The notes below the pieces were generated by a model. That model had not been told where the DNA came from. It saw nothing but the letters and a program-made list of their open reading frames with translations, and ran no database searches. A stretch of DNA of 64,000 nt, taken from positions 1 through 64,000 of the forward strand of contig JAAOMT010000471.1 of NCBI GenBank assembly GCA_016748015.1. Reading direction: 5' to 3'. Position 1 is the stretch's first letter, and the number at the start of each line of letters is the position of its first letter. The translations under genes and the position numbers were made by a program. The stretch is from Geosiphon pyriformis uo1 (lineage: Eukaryota > Fungi > Glomeromycota). Positions 52,301-64,000 of this stretch are shown here, piece by piece.

Positions 52301-55300
52301 TTAAGAAAAAATATAGAAAATCTAAATATCATAAGTCTAAGACAACAAAAAATGCATTAATAAAGAAAATTATTGAACAGTATATAAAAAATATTTGTTT
52401 AAATAAGAGATAAATGATTAGAAGTGTTTTAGAACAATTTTTTTACAAAGTTATTTTGAATTATTTGGTTGTTAAAAAAAATTTGGTTTTAAAACTAAAT
52501 AAGAATAAAAGTAAGATTAATAAAATTATAGAAGAATAAATAAAAAAAAGAATTGTGTCTTAAAAGCTATTTAGTCTGTAACTTTAATAATATTCACTTT
52601 TGGTTTATATAAATAATAATATATTTTTTAGGATTATATATAAAGTTAGATTACAGAAATTGGCTTTGGTTATCAATAGTCTATTTGATGACAAAGCTGT
52701 TAAGCTGTTTAATATATTAAATAAACTTTAAAAGCACTGTAACAAAACTGTGTTAAAATGTTTTCTAAATTTATTTAATTTATGTTTATTTCTTGGTAAT
52801 GTTTTGGTTCTTTAGAAAAAGACATAAGTTTTAATGATTTCCAAATTTTATAAATAAAAAAGTGTCTTAATAAATATTTGATCTATTGTACTAATTGAAA
52901 CAGCTAAAAATATTCTGTCAAAAATTTTTTTAGATTGAATTTTTTTTGCATGTAATGAGTTTAATATTCTTTGTAATGATAATTTTTTGGTTTTAAAGAG
53001 TACTATAACTCAGTTTTTTGTGTTTGCTATTGGTTTAATTATAAAAAATGCTTTAAAAAAAAGCTAAAAGCTTTGGTTGGTTTTGCAAAATATATATAAG
53101 ACATATGATTTAGTTAGATACTATTACTTAAAAACTAGTTTGAAGCATGTTAAAATATGTAACAGATTTGTTAATTTCTTTGAAAATATATACATAAACA
53201 GAATCAACAGAATGATAACTAATTTTGGTCTTTTGAATAACTATAAAGTACATAATAAACTGAATTAAAGTAAAATTTTTTTGCTACTTTTGTGAAAAAT
53301 TTTTTACAATTCTTTTTTGTGCAAAGTAAAAAAACAAAAACACTTGTGTAGATATAAGATTAACAAAAAATTTATGGCAAAAATAGACAGAATAGAGATT
53401 AGTAGAAAAAATTTTTATTTTTCATAGCTGGTACTTTTATTAATAATACAATTTAGATTAATAATAGCCAAATTTCAACTCAGTATATTTTAAATATTGC
53501 TAGTGAATTTTTTAAGATTAATAATATTTTTATTAATAATAATAAAACAGTAATTATTTCTATTAACTAAAGAATTGTAAGTGCTTTTTTACATATTAGT
53601 AGTTTATTGATTTTTATTACTTAGTATAACAAATCTTATAGGTATTTAAGAATTTTTTTGTTAACTAAAAGTATATTAAAGATAAATCTTGTCAAAATAT
53701 ATTCGTATATTAAATATTTTTTTAAATTTGGTTCTTAAGAAAGTATTATTGAACAAGTAGTTTTCATATTTGGTTTTAGTATTTTTGCAGCCCATAATTG
53801 ACTATTGTATACAGTTTAGTTTTGTGTCTAAAAATATGTATTAAAATTCAAATATTATAATGAAAAAAAGATTCAGATTTAAGGCCAATTTGTTAAAAAT
53901 TTTTCTAATAAGACAATATATTATTTATTTCTGTACAAATTGAAATTTTTTAAATAAATACAAGTGAAAATAAAATTAGTTTTAACATTAATTTTGCTAA
54001 TATTTTAAAAATTTTTGGCTGGTTGCTTAAGTATTGGTTTTTGAATTTACAGATTCTAAATTAAACATCTATAAATTTATTACAATATCTAATTAAATTA
54101 AAAGTCAGTTTTATAAATAATTTCTTAGTAGATATGATAAAAATTTTTTAATTATCAAAAATCTCTATACTTAATAATTTGTCTAATGTATTCCGTAGTT
54201 TTTAGTTATTATTTAATATCCAAAATTTTGAGTAATTTTTATTACTTTAAGATAGTTAATTCTTTAAGACACTCTAATATTGTTTTTAAAAACAGATTAT
54301 TAAACAAGCATAGATTAGTTATGAATTAGAAAACTTTTTATTATTAGAAAAAATTGAGTTCTAGAAATTTAATGTCAGTATAGTTTGAAAAAATGTTAAT
54401 GTACATAAGTAGTTTTCTTGTTAATGCTGATAAAATTGTCTTTAGCTTTAACTGTTCAGATTTTCTTAATTTGATAGACTTTATAAATATTTGGGAATGC
54501 TTGTATAAGTTGTAGATAGGAGTAATAAATATTTATACTAATGGTTTAATAAAAAATTTAGGTATTATAAAGATAATTAGTGAGACAGTTGTTTATTTTC
54601 CAGAAATTAAAATAGATATAGATGTTAAAATATATGGATTGTTGCCTTTATAATGTTAAAATTACAGATGATTGTCTTGGCCTTAGAGTGTATTCTTTTT
54701 TTTTGCTTAATAGTTTTGTATATAGACTGCTAAATAATTATAAATATATGCATTTTAGAATTTTAGCTTCATATGCCAGATTACAGAAATAAGTTTTGGG
54801 TAAAAAAATACCATGTGACTAATTTGATTAAGTTTAAAAACATTGTAATAAAGTAGATAAAAATCAAAAACTATTTAAAAAATACTAAAAATAACTAGAC
54901 AAATGCTTTTATATATAATATAGCACAGTTTTATTTGGTTTTTTCTGTGAAAATTCGAAAAAAGTTTATTGTAACTAATTGTCTGGTTGTGTTAAACAAT
55001 GTTTGTTATTTTATTTATAATCTTTTTTAGACTATTTATTGTGCTCAATAGAAAGCAAGTCCTAATGTCAATGTTTTAGATAGCTTATTTATCTAAAACA
55101 TAGATTAAAATTGCACTGCTATGATTTGGCATTTGGATTTTTATTTTCTTTGCACATATTTGATATAAATAATTCATAGAAGACTGTCAGTTACAGTTAA
55201 AAAGAAGCTTTATAATAAAAATCACTTAAGTGTTTTGTGTTTAGCATATAATAATGTTAAATTGTTGAATCATGTTTTTATGTATTCAAAGAATGTTTTT

Positions 55301-55438
55301 ATATGTTCAAACATCTTATGTAATTACATAAAATTATAAAAGTTTTTATTAGTAACCTGTTTTCTATTGTTTTTACTGATATTATATGTTTTTTTTTGGA
55401 TATTTCTAATGTTGAGTTGTATACAGTCTTGTGTAAAA
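49340..55438 (+). mobile_element. LINE-3: decayed APE-RT-RNaseH LINE with 5' end present and 3' end lost
   Basis: Colinear with LINE-1 from the shared 5' motif through RT (LVLQNIYKTYD = QDxxKAYD, ~53077), RNase H (~54530) and Zn finger (~55240); similarity stops at ~55438. Confidence 0.88.
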
Positions 55439-56349
55439 ATAATTTTAAAGTTAGATTAATTTCATATTATAAAGCATTTTTCTTTGTCAAAACTTTTCTA
55501 ATTATAGCTTTTTTTGATAAAAAATCTAATTTGAGATATTGGCAATTATTTTTTTAAATTTATCCTAAATTAGGTTTATTGTAATTCCAAAAAGTTTTTT
55601 GACTATTTTCTTAAGTAATTATCATGAAAAAAGCAACTTTTGAATTATAGCTGAAAAAACATAGTTAGATTTTTTTTTTATGATAATTAATGCTCTTTCA
55701 AGTCAGTCGAAAAAAAAAATTGTGTTTTAATTAATAAAGCTGAAGAAATTATTTTCTGGCAAAAAATAAATTATCAATATTATATGAATAAAAAAAAATT
55801 TTTAAGGAGTTTATCTTATCAATAAATAAGAATTTCAAACTATAATTTTGTTAAATCACATTTTCGAAAAGGCTAAAAATTTATTCACTTTATTTATATT
55901 GCATTAAAAACTATGCTTGTTATTATCCTATTGATATTTTTACTTTTAAATAAAAATCTTTTAATTTCTAATAACTTATTTGCATTTTTAATATATATTA
56001 TTTATAAGAATACTTATTTAGTGTGTAAATACATCACACATATATCAATGTGTGTTATATATAATCTATTTTATGCTAAAACAGAAAACATAATATCACA
56101 TGCTCACTTATTACAGCATGCTTTACAGTCAATAACCTTCACACTCAATTAATATGTAATAGCCTATATAATACTTTTAAATATAAAATCAAAAACTAAA
56201 TCTTCCTTAAAATTCTTTATCTATTCTAAGTTAAATATTGTCATCAATTGTGTAAATTCAATTCCAACTCTAAAAAAGATGGTTAAACCAAAAAAGTTTA
56301 CAAAAATATTAAATATAATAAATAAAAGACTTATATTTTGTAAAAAATT

Positions 56350-57806
56350 AAGGTCTGAAATAAATTAATCTCTATATTTTTGTTATATTTCGGATAGCAT
56401 CTTATGTCTCTTCTGAGTTAAGGCTTGTTGATTTAAGTTACAATTATCATAAGCAGTAATAACTCTTTTTTGAGATTCTTTTGCAATGTTATAATAAGCT
56501 AATGTATGTTTTTGATCACAGAATACTTTCTATTAATTACATCATAGTATACATGTATAGGATCTGTTTTATTCAAAAGTTTTTTCTTTTCAAATAATTT
56601 CACAGGAAATGATGGCAAAGCTGTATATATTGCTATACTTAATATGAAAAATTCTTGCAAATTTTGGGTGTAAGACACTCAAAAACATCTTAAATATTAC
56701 CAGACTGTAGAGAGTAATTAGCAAAACAATAGAATTCAAGATTAAAAATAACAACTTTTAAGGATTTGTTTTCAAACAAAGATATTTTCAAAGTGTAAAT
56801 TCCTATACACCAGATTTGAATCATTTATAAATATTGGGTTATTAACAACTCTAAAAAACATATGAAAACTATTTTCTAAGTAAGAGTTGTTTCATTCATT
56901 TTTAGAAAATTTCAGAGTTCCCTATCTATTTTAATAGTAATACCCAAATGCATTTTGATTTTCTGTCTTTTTGTTTTTAAATAGTATTCAAATATTTCTA
57001 GATTTTTTGCTGTTCTCTATTTATTTTGACAATATATTTCAATATTGGTTTGTGAACTTAGATATCTTACTTTTTCTAGATCTTTCATTATTTCCAGTCT
57101 ATTTGAATAATATGTTCTAAATTTGTTTTGTTTAAGTAACTTTCTGCTTCTACTACTATTGAATAGAATTTAAATGCTTTTTCATTATTTCTTTTCTATT
57201 TTGATAACAATATCTAAGAGTGAATTGCACAAGTAAACTTCCCATCTCTACTGCTTTTAAATAGATTTCAAATGCTTTTTTAAAGATTTTCATTCTTACT
57301 CATTTATTATTATAACAAAGTCCAAAAATGTATTGTGTATTTAAATCTCTCCTTTCTGCTGTTTTTTCTCAATTTTTTAAAGTACCAATTCCATTATTAT
57401 AATATTATGTAAGGCTGTATTGTGCAAATAAATCTCAACTACAGCTTTTGAATAGAGCTTAAATGCTTTTTATCAATTTTATAAAGTATAGAGTAAGTTA
57501 TTATAGCAATAACCTAAGAAAAATTTTTCAAAAAAAACTTTTCCTTTGCTGCTTTTTGCAATTTTAAAAATGTTTTTGTTAAATTAGAAATAATTTCCAA
57601 TCTTATTTTCTAAAGAAAAGCCAGTCTATTAAACACTTTGAACTTTTTATTTTGTTTATAATTTACATAAATTGTTTTTTCTTAAAGTAAATACCATTAG
57701 ACATTGATGCAATTCAATTAATAAAAAATATTGTTGGTAAAGATTTTAAGCATTTTATATTTTCTTTTAGAAGTTAATCATTCATTTTTTTGGTCAATTT
57801 TTTCAT
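56350..57806 (-). pseudogene. Sel1-repeat plus kinase-like pseudogene
   Basis: Minus strand KAFEIYLKAVEMG..QFTL.YCYQN (Sel1), LVYRNLHFENI (HRDLH-like), SNIYSFAII; many stops and frameshifts; boundaries approximate. Confidence 0.7.
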
Positions 57807-58439
57807 ATATATATGATAATAGTAAAAATACTATATAACAAATTCAAATAAATACCAGAGTCTACAAGTGCAAGTTTTAAATTCGAATGTGGTAGAAGGT
57901 TTCTGAGCCTGCAAATACAAATTATAACTTTAAATATAGTGAAAGGTATTCAAGCCTACAAGTTCAAGTTATCATTTTGAATATAGTAAAAAGTATTTTG
58001 GCTCTATGGATTAATATTCAAATAAGTTATTGTTTTTGTGGTGGCCAAACAAAAAACTTTATAAAATTTCTAATAGTCCATGTAAATAAGAAATAAGTAA
58101 TGTATATATTACCAACTTAAATTAACAAAATATTATTTTGCACTAATTTGAATGTGCCTATGAATCTATTTGTAGTCTACATAAAATTGGAACATTGAAA
58201 ATAATATGATGGATTTCTTTTTGTAACAACAATATAAACTAATATTTAGAAATTTATAAAGAGTGAACAAGTTTCTTTTGATGATGATATGATAAAGAAA
58301 AATATAATATATTTACAAAGGAGGCTTTCAAGTGATTTATCTTCTTTTTTTATAGAAATTCATCAAAATATACCAGTTTGGTTATAAGTAATGATTCAAT
58401 TATAATAGAATTGTTGTTACCTAAACAGCATGGTAAGAG

Positions 58440-59450
58440 CAACTTTGTTTTTTTTGTTCTAATCAACATTTTATTAAATTGATCCTTTAACAGAAACCAG
58501 CACGCTTCCAAACTTAATTCAAGATAATGCTATGAGTTTATTTCAGATTTTTCAGAAAAATATACAGAAAATTCAAGTATAAAATTTACACATGATAAAA
58601 AATGGAAGGAAATGAATAAAATTTTTATGGATATTACCCAAGACATTCTTGATATATTGCAAGTAATTTTCAAGAAGATTTTTTATAAAATTTTTAAATT
58701 ATTGATTTTTAGAGCTGATTTTTGGATAAATCCAGCATTTGGACTTGAACTTATGAAAACCAAAGTGAAGGGACATATGTAACAGAAATATTAATCCCCT
58801 TATTTCAAGTATCATTAAAAGAGCTTCCATATAGGCAATTTGCCTTTATCAGCACGTAAAGTTTTATATTAAAAAAAGTTTTTTTATTACCAAAAGTTAT
58901 GTTTTTAAAATTTTACTTTTAGTGCAGAGCGACAAAGTATAGCTAGTGCAAAGAGAAAAGGAGAAGAATATTTTGGAAAGCTACCAGATTATATGTATTT
59001 ACAAAAACGGAAAGGTAAAATATTTAAGCTTGTATTTGGGTAATGCTTACATTTATTTTGTAGCAATACTAAAAAAAAGAAAAAAAGAAATAAAATTGTG
59101 GTGAGAACCAATAATGGTATGTTTTGGAAAAAAATCAATTTGGTGTTTTAGGAATTCGAGTAGCAAGTAATATTTTATGATAAAAATTATTTTAAAACTC
59201 TATTATTTTTTATGATATTATAGATCCAGTTAAATTTACCTATTAGGAAAAATCTTGATATACATTGATATTATTATCTAAAAAAACCACAAATTTCGAT
59301 ACAATGGTCTGAACAAGCTTTATTAAATTTACCCGAATTTGTTAAATCTACAGGTATTTATTTTATTATGCTAAATTTCATTTATGAATATAACAAAATA
59401 AAGATCAAAATTTTTTTAGGATTTATTAGACATAGAAAAAATGCATAAAA
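58440..59450 (+). pseudogene. Decayed intron-containing multicopy-family gene, possibly nuclease-like C-terminal domain
   Basis: AERQSIASAKRKG...GKLPDYMY motif at ~58925-59000; GT-AG introns; in-frame stops; domain identity inferred. Confidence 0.5.
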
Positions 59451-59559
59451 AATCTATATATTATAGAGATTTTATTTGTTTGATTTTTGCTTTATAGCAT
59501 ACCAAAAAATATCATAGATTGACTATTGTGATTGCATTTTGTAAATCATGATCATGATC

Positions 59560-60735
59560 TTTTGGATTGGTCAATCTATTAGGCTTAGAGTTTATGAGCA
59601 TTGTATTCAAAAGCAGCAGAAGCGGAGATACAAAAGCACAGTGCAATCACGGAGTTTGTTATTTTGATAGAGAAGGAATGACCAAAAATTTAGAAAAATC
59701 ATTTGAACTCTATTTCAAAGCAGCAGAAGTGGAAGATTTAGTTTCGCAATTAAATCTTGGAAACTGGTATCAAAAATGATTGGGAACAATGAAAAATTCC
59801 TAAAAGTGGGAAATACAAGTGAACATAACAATTATGGAATGTATTATCAAGATAAATAGGGACCAACGAAAAAATATTTAACCTCCACTTAAAAACAGTT
59901 ATCAAAATGGTTAAAAAGCATTTGAACTCTATTTAAAACCATCAGAGGAAAATAACTTGAGTTTTCCTAGTGATTGATGACATGGAACATTTTATTTACA
60001 ATTCCAAAATTAAAAGTTTAGATTTTGAAATTTTCTTTGATCACTTTCAAATGGATTTAAGTGTTCTAAATGTGGCAACTTGGGTATCATCATTAGTGGA
60101 TCTTCTATACGTCCATTTAGTGATACTGATAAAAATGATGTCAACATATTTAAAGCCAGTTCCCAAAGTGCCATTTCACATTTCTGAGATGGCTTGAATA
60201 AATTATCTCAATGAGATCAAATCTTTAGGTCACGTGGGAGTTGGATGATTTATGCTGTTAAAAAAGATACATGGGAGAGGAATAATTCTATTTTAGGATA
60301 AGAAAAATCAAAAGTATGAGCGAAATGGGTTACAAAAGTTGTTTTAAAACATCTTAAAAATAGCCAAAATATGGAAATAATCCATACAAATGAAGTATTT
60401 TCTTTTAAGAAATTTAAAAAAATTTATTATTTCTATTTCTATTTCTTTTTCTACCATCAAAAAATGCCCCTTGCAGATATCTTATAACCGATAAATTTTA
60501 CCTTTTGCAAAACATGAAGACTTCAGCATTTCTAAAGAAGAACAAAACACATTTACTTGAAGCATTTTTCTTTGTATTCTATATCAGGCCTAAGATTTAT
60601 ACACTGGTGTATGGGAACTTACATCCTGGCAATTTACTTATTTTAAAATCGAATCTTTAAAAGTTGTTATTTCTGATCTTGTATTCTATCGTCCTGCCGA
60701 TTACTCTTTGCGTTTTGGCAAAATTGATGGTAACA
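59560..60735 (+). pseudogene. Sel1-repeat plus TKL kinase pseudogene, 3'-truncated
   Basis: AQCNHGVCY...KSFELYFKAAE...QLNLGNWYQ (Sel1); VVLKHL; YGNLHPGNLL; ISDL; frameshifts. Confidence 0.78.
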
Positions 60736-62271
60736 TAGCTATTTAATTGGGTCTTGAATATCACTTTGGAATAAAAATAAGAAAAATTGTATTTTATTAA
60801 CCAAAAACAATTTGAATTCATTACAAGGCTAATAAAATATCTTGGCCTATAAGAACATTTGATTGAACCATTATATTAAGAGTTTAGAATAAGAAGTCTA
60901 AATTGCTTGAAAAAGCATCAATTAATTGATAAACAGCTATTTAATTATAAATTTAATGATTTAAATCTTTAAACTTAAGAAGTAATTGGCTAAAGATAAC
61001 TGAAAATATTATCTGATAATTGGTGTTTTTTCTGCTTTCAAAATCTTTTTTAGAAACGAATTTGATTAAAAAGTAAACAATATAGGCTAAATAATTTTAG
61101 CAAAGTAATTAATAAGATATCAATTGTAATAATCGTTGAAATGAATAAAAAAAGACAATTTTATTTTTCAATATCTTGCTATTTTTAATGTGAAATAGGG
61201 ATTAGAGTTAAATTTCAATTAGCAATAAAAAATTGCAAAATTAAGTATAATTATAAAAAGTATAATTTATTGTTATTAATGTATATTAAAATTTTTGATT
61301 TATAAAATGGGAAAATACTTTATTTATTTAGACGAATTATAAATATTCAGAATAATATTTTTTATAATATTTTAGTTTTTAATTTTTTAAATTTAAATCT
61401 AAATGTTGATTTTCATTCTAATTTAATATTATTTGTAATTTAAGGTATATTTCAAAAAAATTAAATATTAAATTTATTTTGAATTTATAAAAATTATAGT
61501 ATTATTTTATATTAAAAGAATGTATGTTAAGTTTCATCAATCTTTAATTTCATTATTATGAAATATTAGAATTAAAGATATTGATAAGCAGCGGGAATTA
61601 ATAGGTTTATAAATAATTTGATCGAATAATTTATGAAATGAAGTTTTCGATTGAAGCATTCAAAGTTAGTTTTAAAGAAAAATTGAGAGTAAACAAAATA
61701 AGAAATGAAAAGCAGCCGTTAATAAAACTTTTTTGTTTTAGTATTAGACAAAATTAAACTAAGAAAAAATAATTATATTAATAAAATATCTATTATTAAA
61801 GCATAATATCAAAAATATTTTATTTCAATAGATTAAGTCTTTTAATATTTAGAAAATGAATTACATCTCAATTTTTAAAAATCTTTTTAATTCTTATATT
61901 GATTTTATTTAGAGTCTTGAAATGTTATTTTCCCTGGTTCACAGGAACCCTAAAGCGGTTATTATTATTATTATAATTATTATTATTGTGTTGTTGTTGT
62001 TCTACAAATAAATAAATTGAAATACTCGTTTAAGCAATGAGACGACCGGTATTATAGCTACTAAATCTATTTATAGTTAAACTTGTGTAATCAATTTGTA
62101 GCAAATAATAGTTTCGATATTTTGTTATTTGATAACATAGAGAAGCAGCAGTATAAAATAGGGACTCTGCCTTTTAAGAAATCACTTACTTTCTTAACGT
62201 ACGATATAAAAAAGCTCTCTTCGAATTATAACCTCTTCACATTTAATATTTTATCTCCGCTTATACACATC

Positions 62272-62731
62272 ATGGAAAACAAAGAAATCACAAGAACTCA
62301 TTCAGAAATACATGATTGCAACCTGTGTTCACTCTGTCAAGAGAGTATTCTAAATAATAATTCTAATCGTTGTAGCGCATGCTGGTTCATATTTTTAAAA
62401 AAACTTTACCACGACTTTTCAAGCGGCAATAAAGATGTTGATGAAATAATTAAGAGTCCAATCTATATTCCACCTAATCGGTCTAACAGTTATAAGGCTA
62501 ATTTTCTTTATTATGAATGGATTTCATGGGAGCGTTTGTCGAATATCAAAGAAATTGATAGAGGAGGATTCAGTAGAATTTATACAGCAACTATAATTGA
62601 TGGATTAATTAATGAATATACTCTGAAACATTATGGTTCAATGGAATATAAAAGATGGAGATTAGAGGGTGATGTAGCAATAAAAATTATGTCAAAGAAC
62701 AGTGAAGAAGTGTTTAAAGAGGTAAACAAAC

Positions 62732-62786
<55 letters not shown>

Positions 62787-63836
62787 GTTAATTCATATTA
62801 AATCAATTCATATTTACCTATTATTATTTATTTTTACTCTATATATTATCTACTTACTTACTTTTTTACATTGTGTTGACAGTTAAATATTCAAAGAGTT
62901 ATTGAAATTAATAACAGTGGCTATTTAAGTGATTATATCTCTTCAATCTATGGTATTACACAAAATGCTGAAACGCTCGAGTATGGAATTGTGATGGAGT
63001 TTGCCAAACATGGAGATATGCGAAAATATTTATCAACAAATTTTCATTTGAAGGGGTGGTTGGAAAAATTAGAGATTGCCCAGAGAATAGCTGAAGGACT
63101 TATTTCAATTCATTCTTCTGGTATAGTTCATCGTGACTTACACTCGGGCAACATCCTAAAATATGAATCTAGTTACGATATTTACGAGAGCATACAGATT
63201 CGCGACATCTGGTTATGTCAACCAGTAAACCATGAAGCAACCGCAACAACAGCAATAACAGCAACAAAAACAACAACAATAAAAACAGGAAAAGTCAAGA
63301 AGGAAAAAAAGATATATGGAGTGGTTCCATACATTCCACCAGAAGTTTTAAGAGGAGAAAAATTTACAATGGCTGGTGATATTTATAGTTTTGCCATGTT
63401 ATTATGGGAATTAGCAACCGGAAAGCCTCCTTTTCATGATTGTTCTCATGACGCCATCCTTATAATGGCTATTTTAAATGGTCAAAGACCTAAGATTACC
63501 TCTCCACTTATTCCACCTTGTATTACCGAAATAATTGTAAAGTGTTGGGATGTTAATCCTGAAAATCGTCCTACTGCGAAAGAAATTAGGGCCAAGTTGA
63601 GGGAACTTTTGAAGTTTTATATGCGTTTTAAGTCGAAATTTAGATATCAGGGAATTATAGATAAAGAGTATAAACAGTATTTAGAATCAGAGAAATACGT
63701 AAAAGAAATGGCAGAAGGCGACGACTCAACAACAAAAACAACAACAACAACAACAACGAAAATGAGCATTCATCCAGGAGCAGTTTATACAAGTCGTATT
63801 TTAACTTTGCAAAAAATTGATTTTTCTAAAGGTTAG
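62272..63836 (+). CDS. Tyrosine-kinase-like (TKL) protein kinase; exons 62272-62721 and 62883-63836 (possible extra terminal intron 63832-63966)
   Basis: DRGGFSRIY, VAIK, HRDLHSGN, YGVVPYIPPE, DIYSF, CWDVNPENRP; phase-0 intron GTAAAC...TGACAG joins the two ORFs in frame. Confidence 0.9.
62732..62786. repeat. (TTA)n microsatellite in the kinase intron
   Basis: ~18 tandem TTA units. Confidence 0.9.
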
Positions 63837-64000
63837 TTCATCTATTTTATATTAATTAATTCATTGATTTAATTATTTTACATGATATTTAAAATTTACA
63901 TTAATTTGCATTAATTTACTTTTACATTAATTTACTTTATAAAAAAATTAGTCTATTTGCCTGTAGGTAAGTAAGAGTTAAAAAGTTAGAATATATATTT

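Noticed and set aside
62083-62886. 267-aa ORF ending in poly-Leu (apparent transmembrane segment)
   Set aside because: Read-through into an intron containing (TTA)n; the likely start is the ATG at 62272

Overview
This is the left end of an AT-rich eukaryotic chromosome, most likely a Glomeromycotina-type fungus. That assignment is an inference from the TTAGGG telomere, the Sel1-repeat/TKL-type kinase genes and the short GT-AG introns. A (CCCTAA/CCCTAT)n telomere (1-686) is joined directly to the middle of a Ty3/Gypsy pol gene. About 55 kb of nested, decayed retroelements follow: three Gypsy elements (one 5'-truncated, two full-length with paired LTRs and 4-bp TSDs), two solo LTRs, three long APE-RT-RNaseH LINEs plus fragments, two ORF1-only LINE derivatives and a long-inverted-repeat element. 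Host sequence is limited to a gapped coiled-coil/kinase gene at 22.3-23.2 kb, three pseudogenes at 56-61 kb and an intact-looking TKL kinase at 62.3-63.8 kb. The most notable system is the Gypsy lineage. It has one long Gag-PR-Cys-rich-dUTPase-pseudo-dUTPase-RT-RNaseH frame that stops right after RNase H, then an integrase with its own ATG, then a conserved non-Env third ORF. Other highlights are apparent telomere healing on a broken retroelement, HAL1-like ORF1-only elements that hold 4 of the 5 Gypsy insertions, and RIP-like C>T/G>A hypermutation in all dinucleotide contexts. All alignments and counts were done by eye, and boundaries in the most AT-rich parts are approximate.
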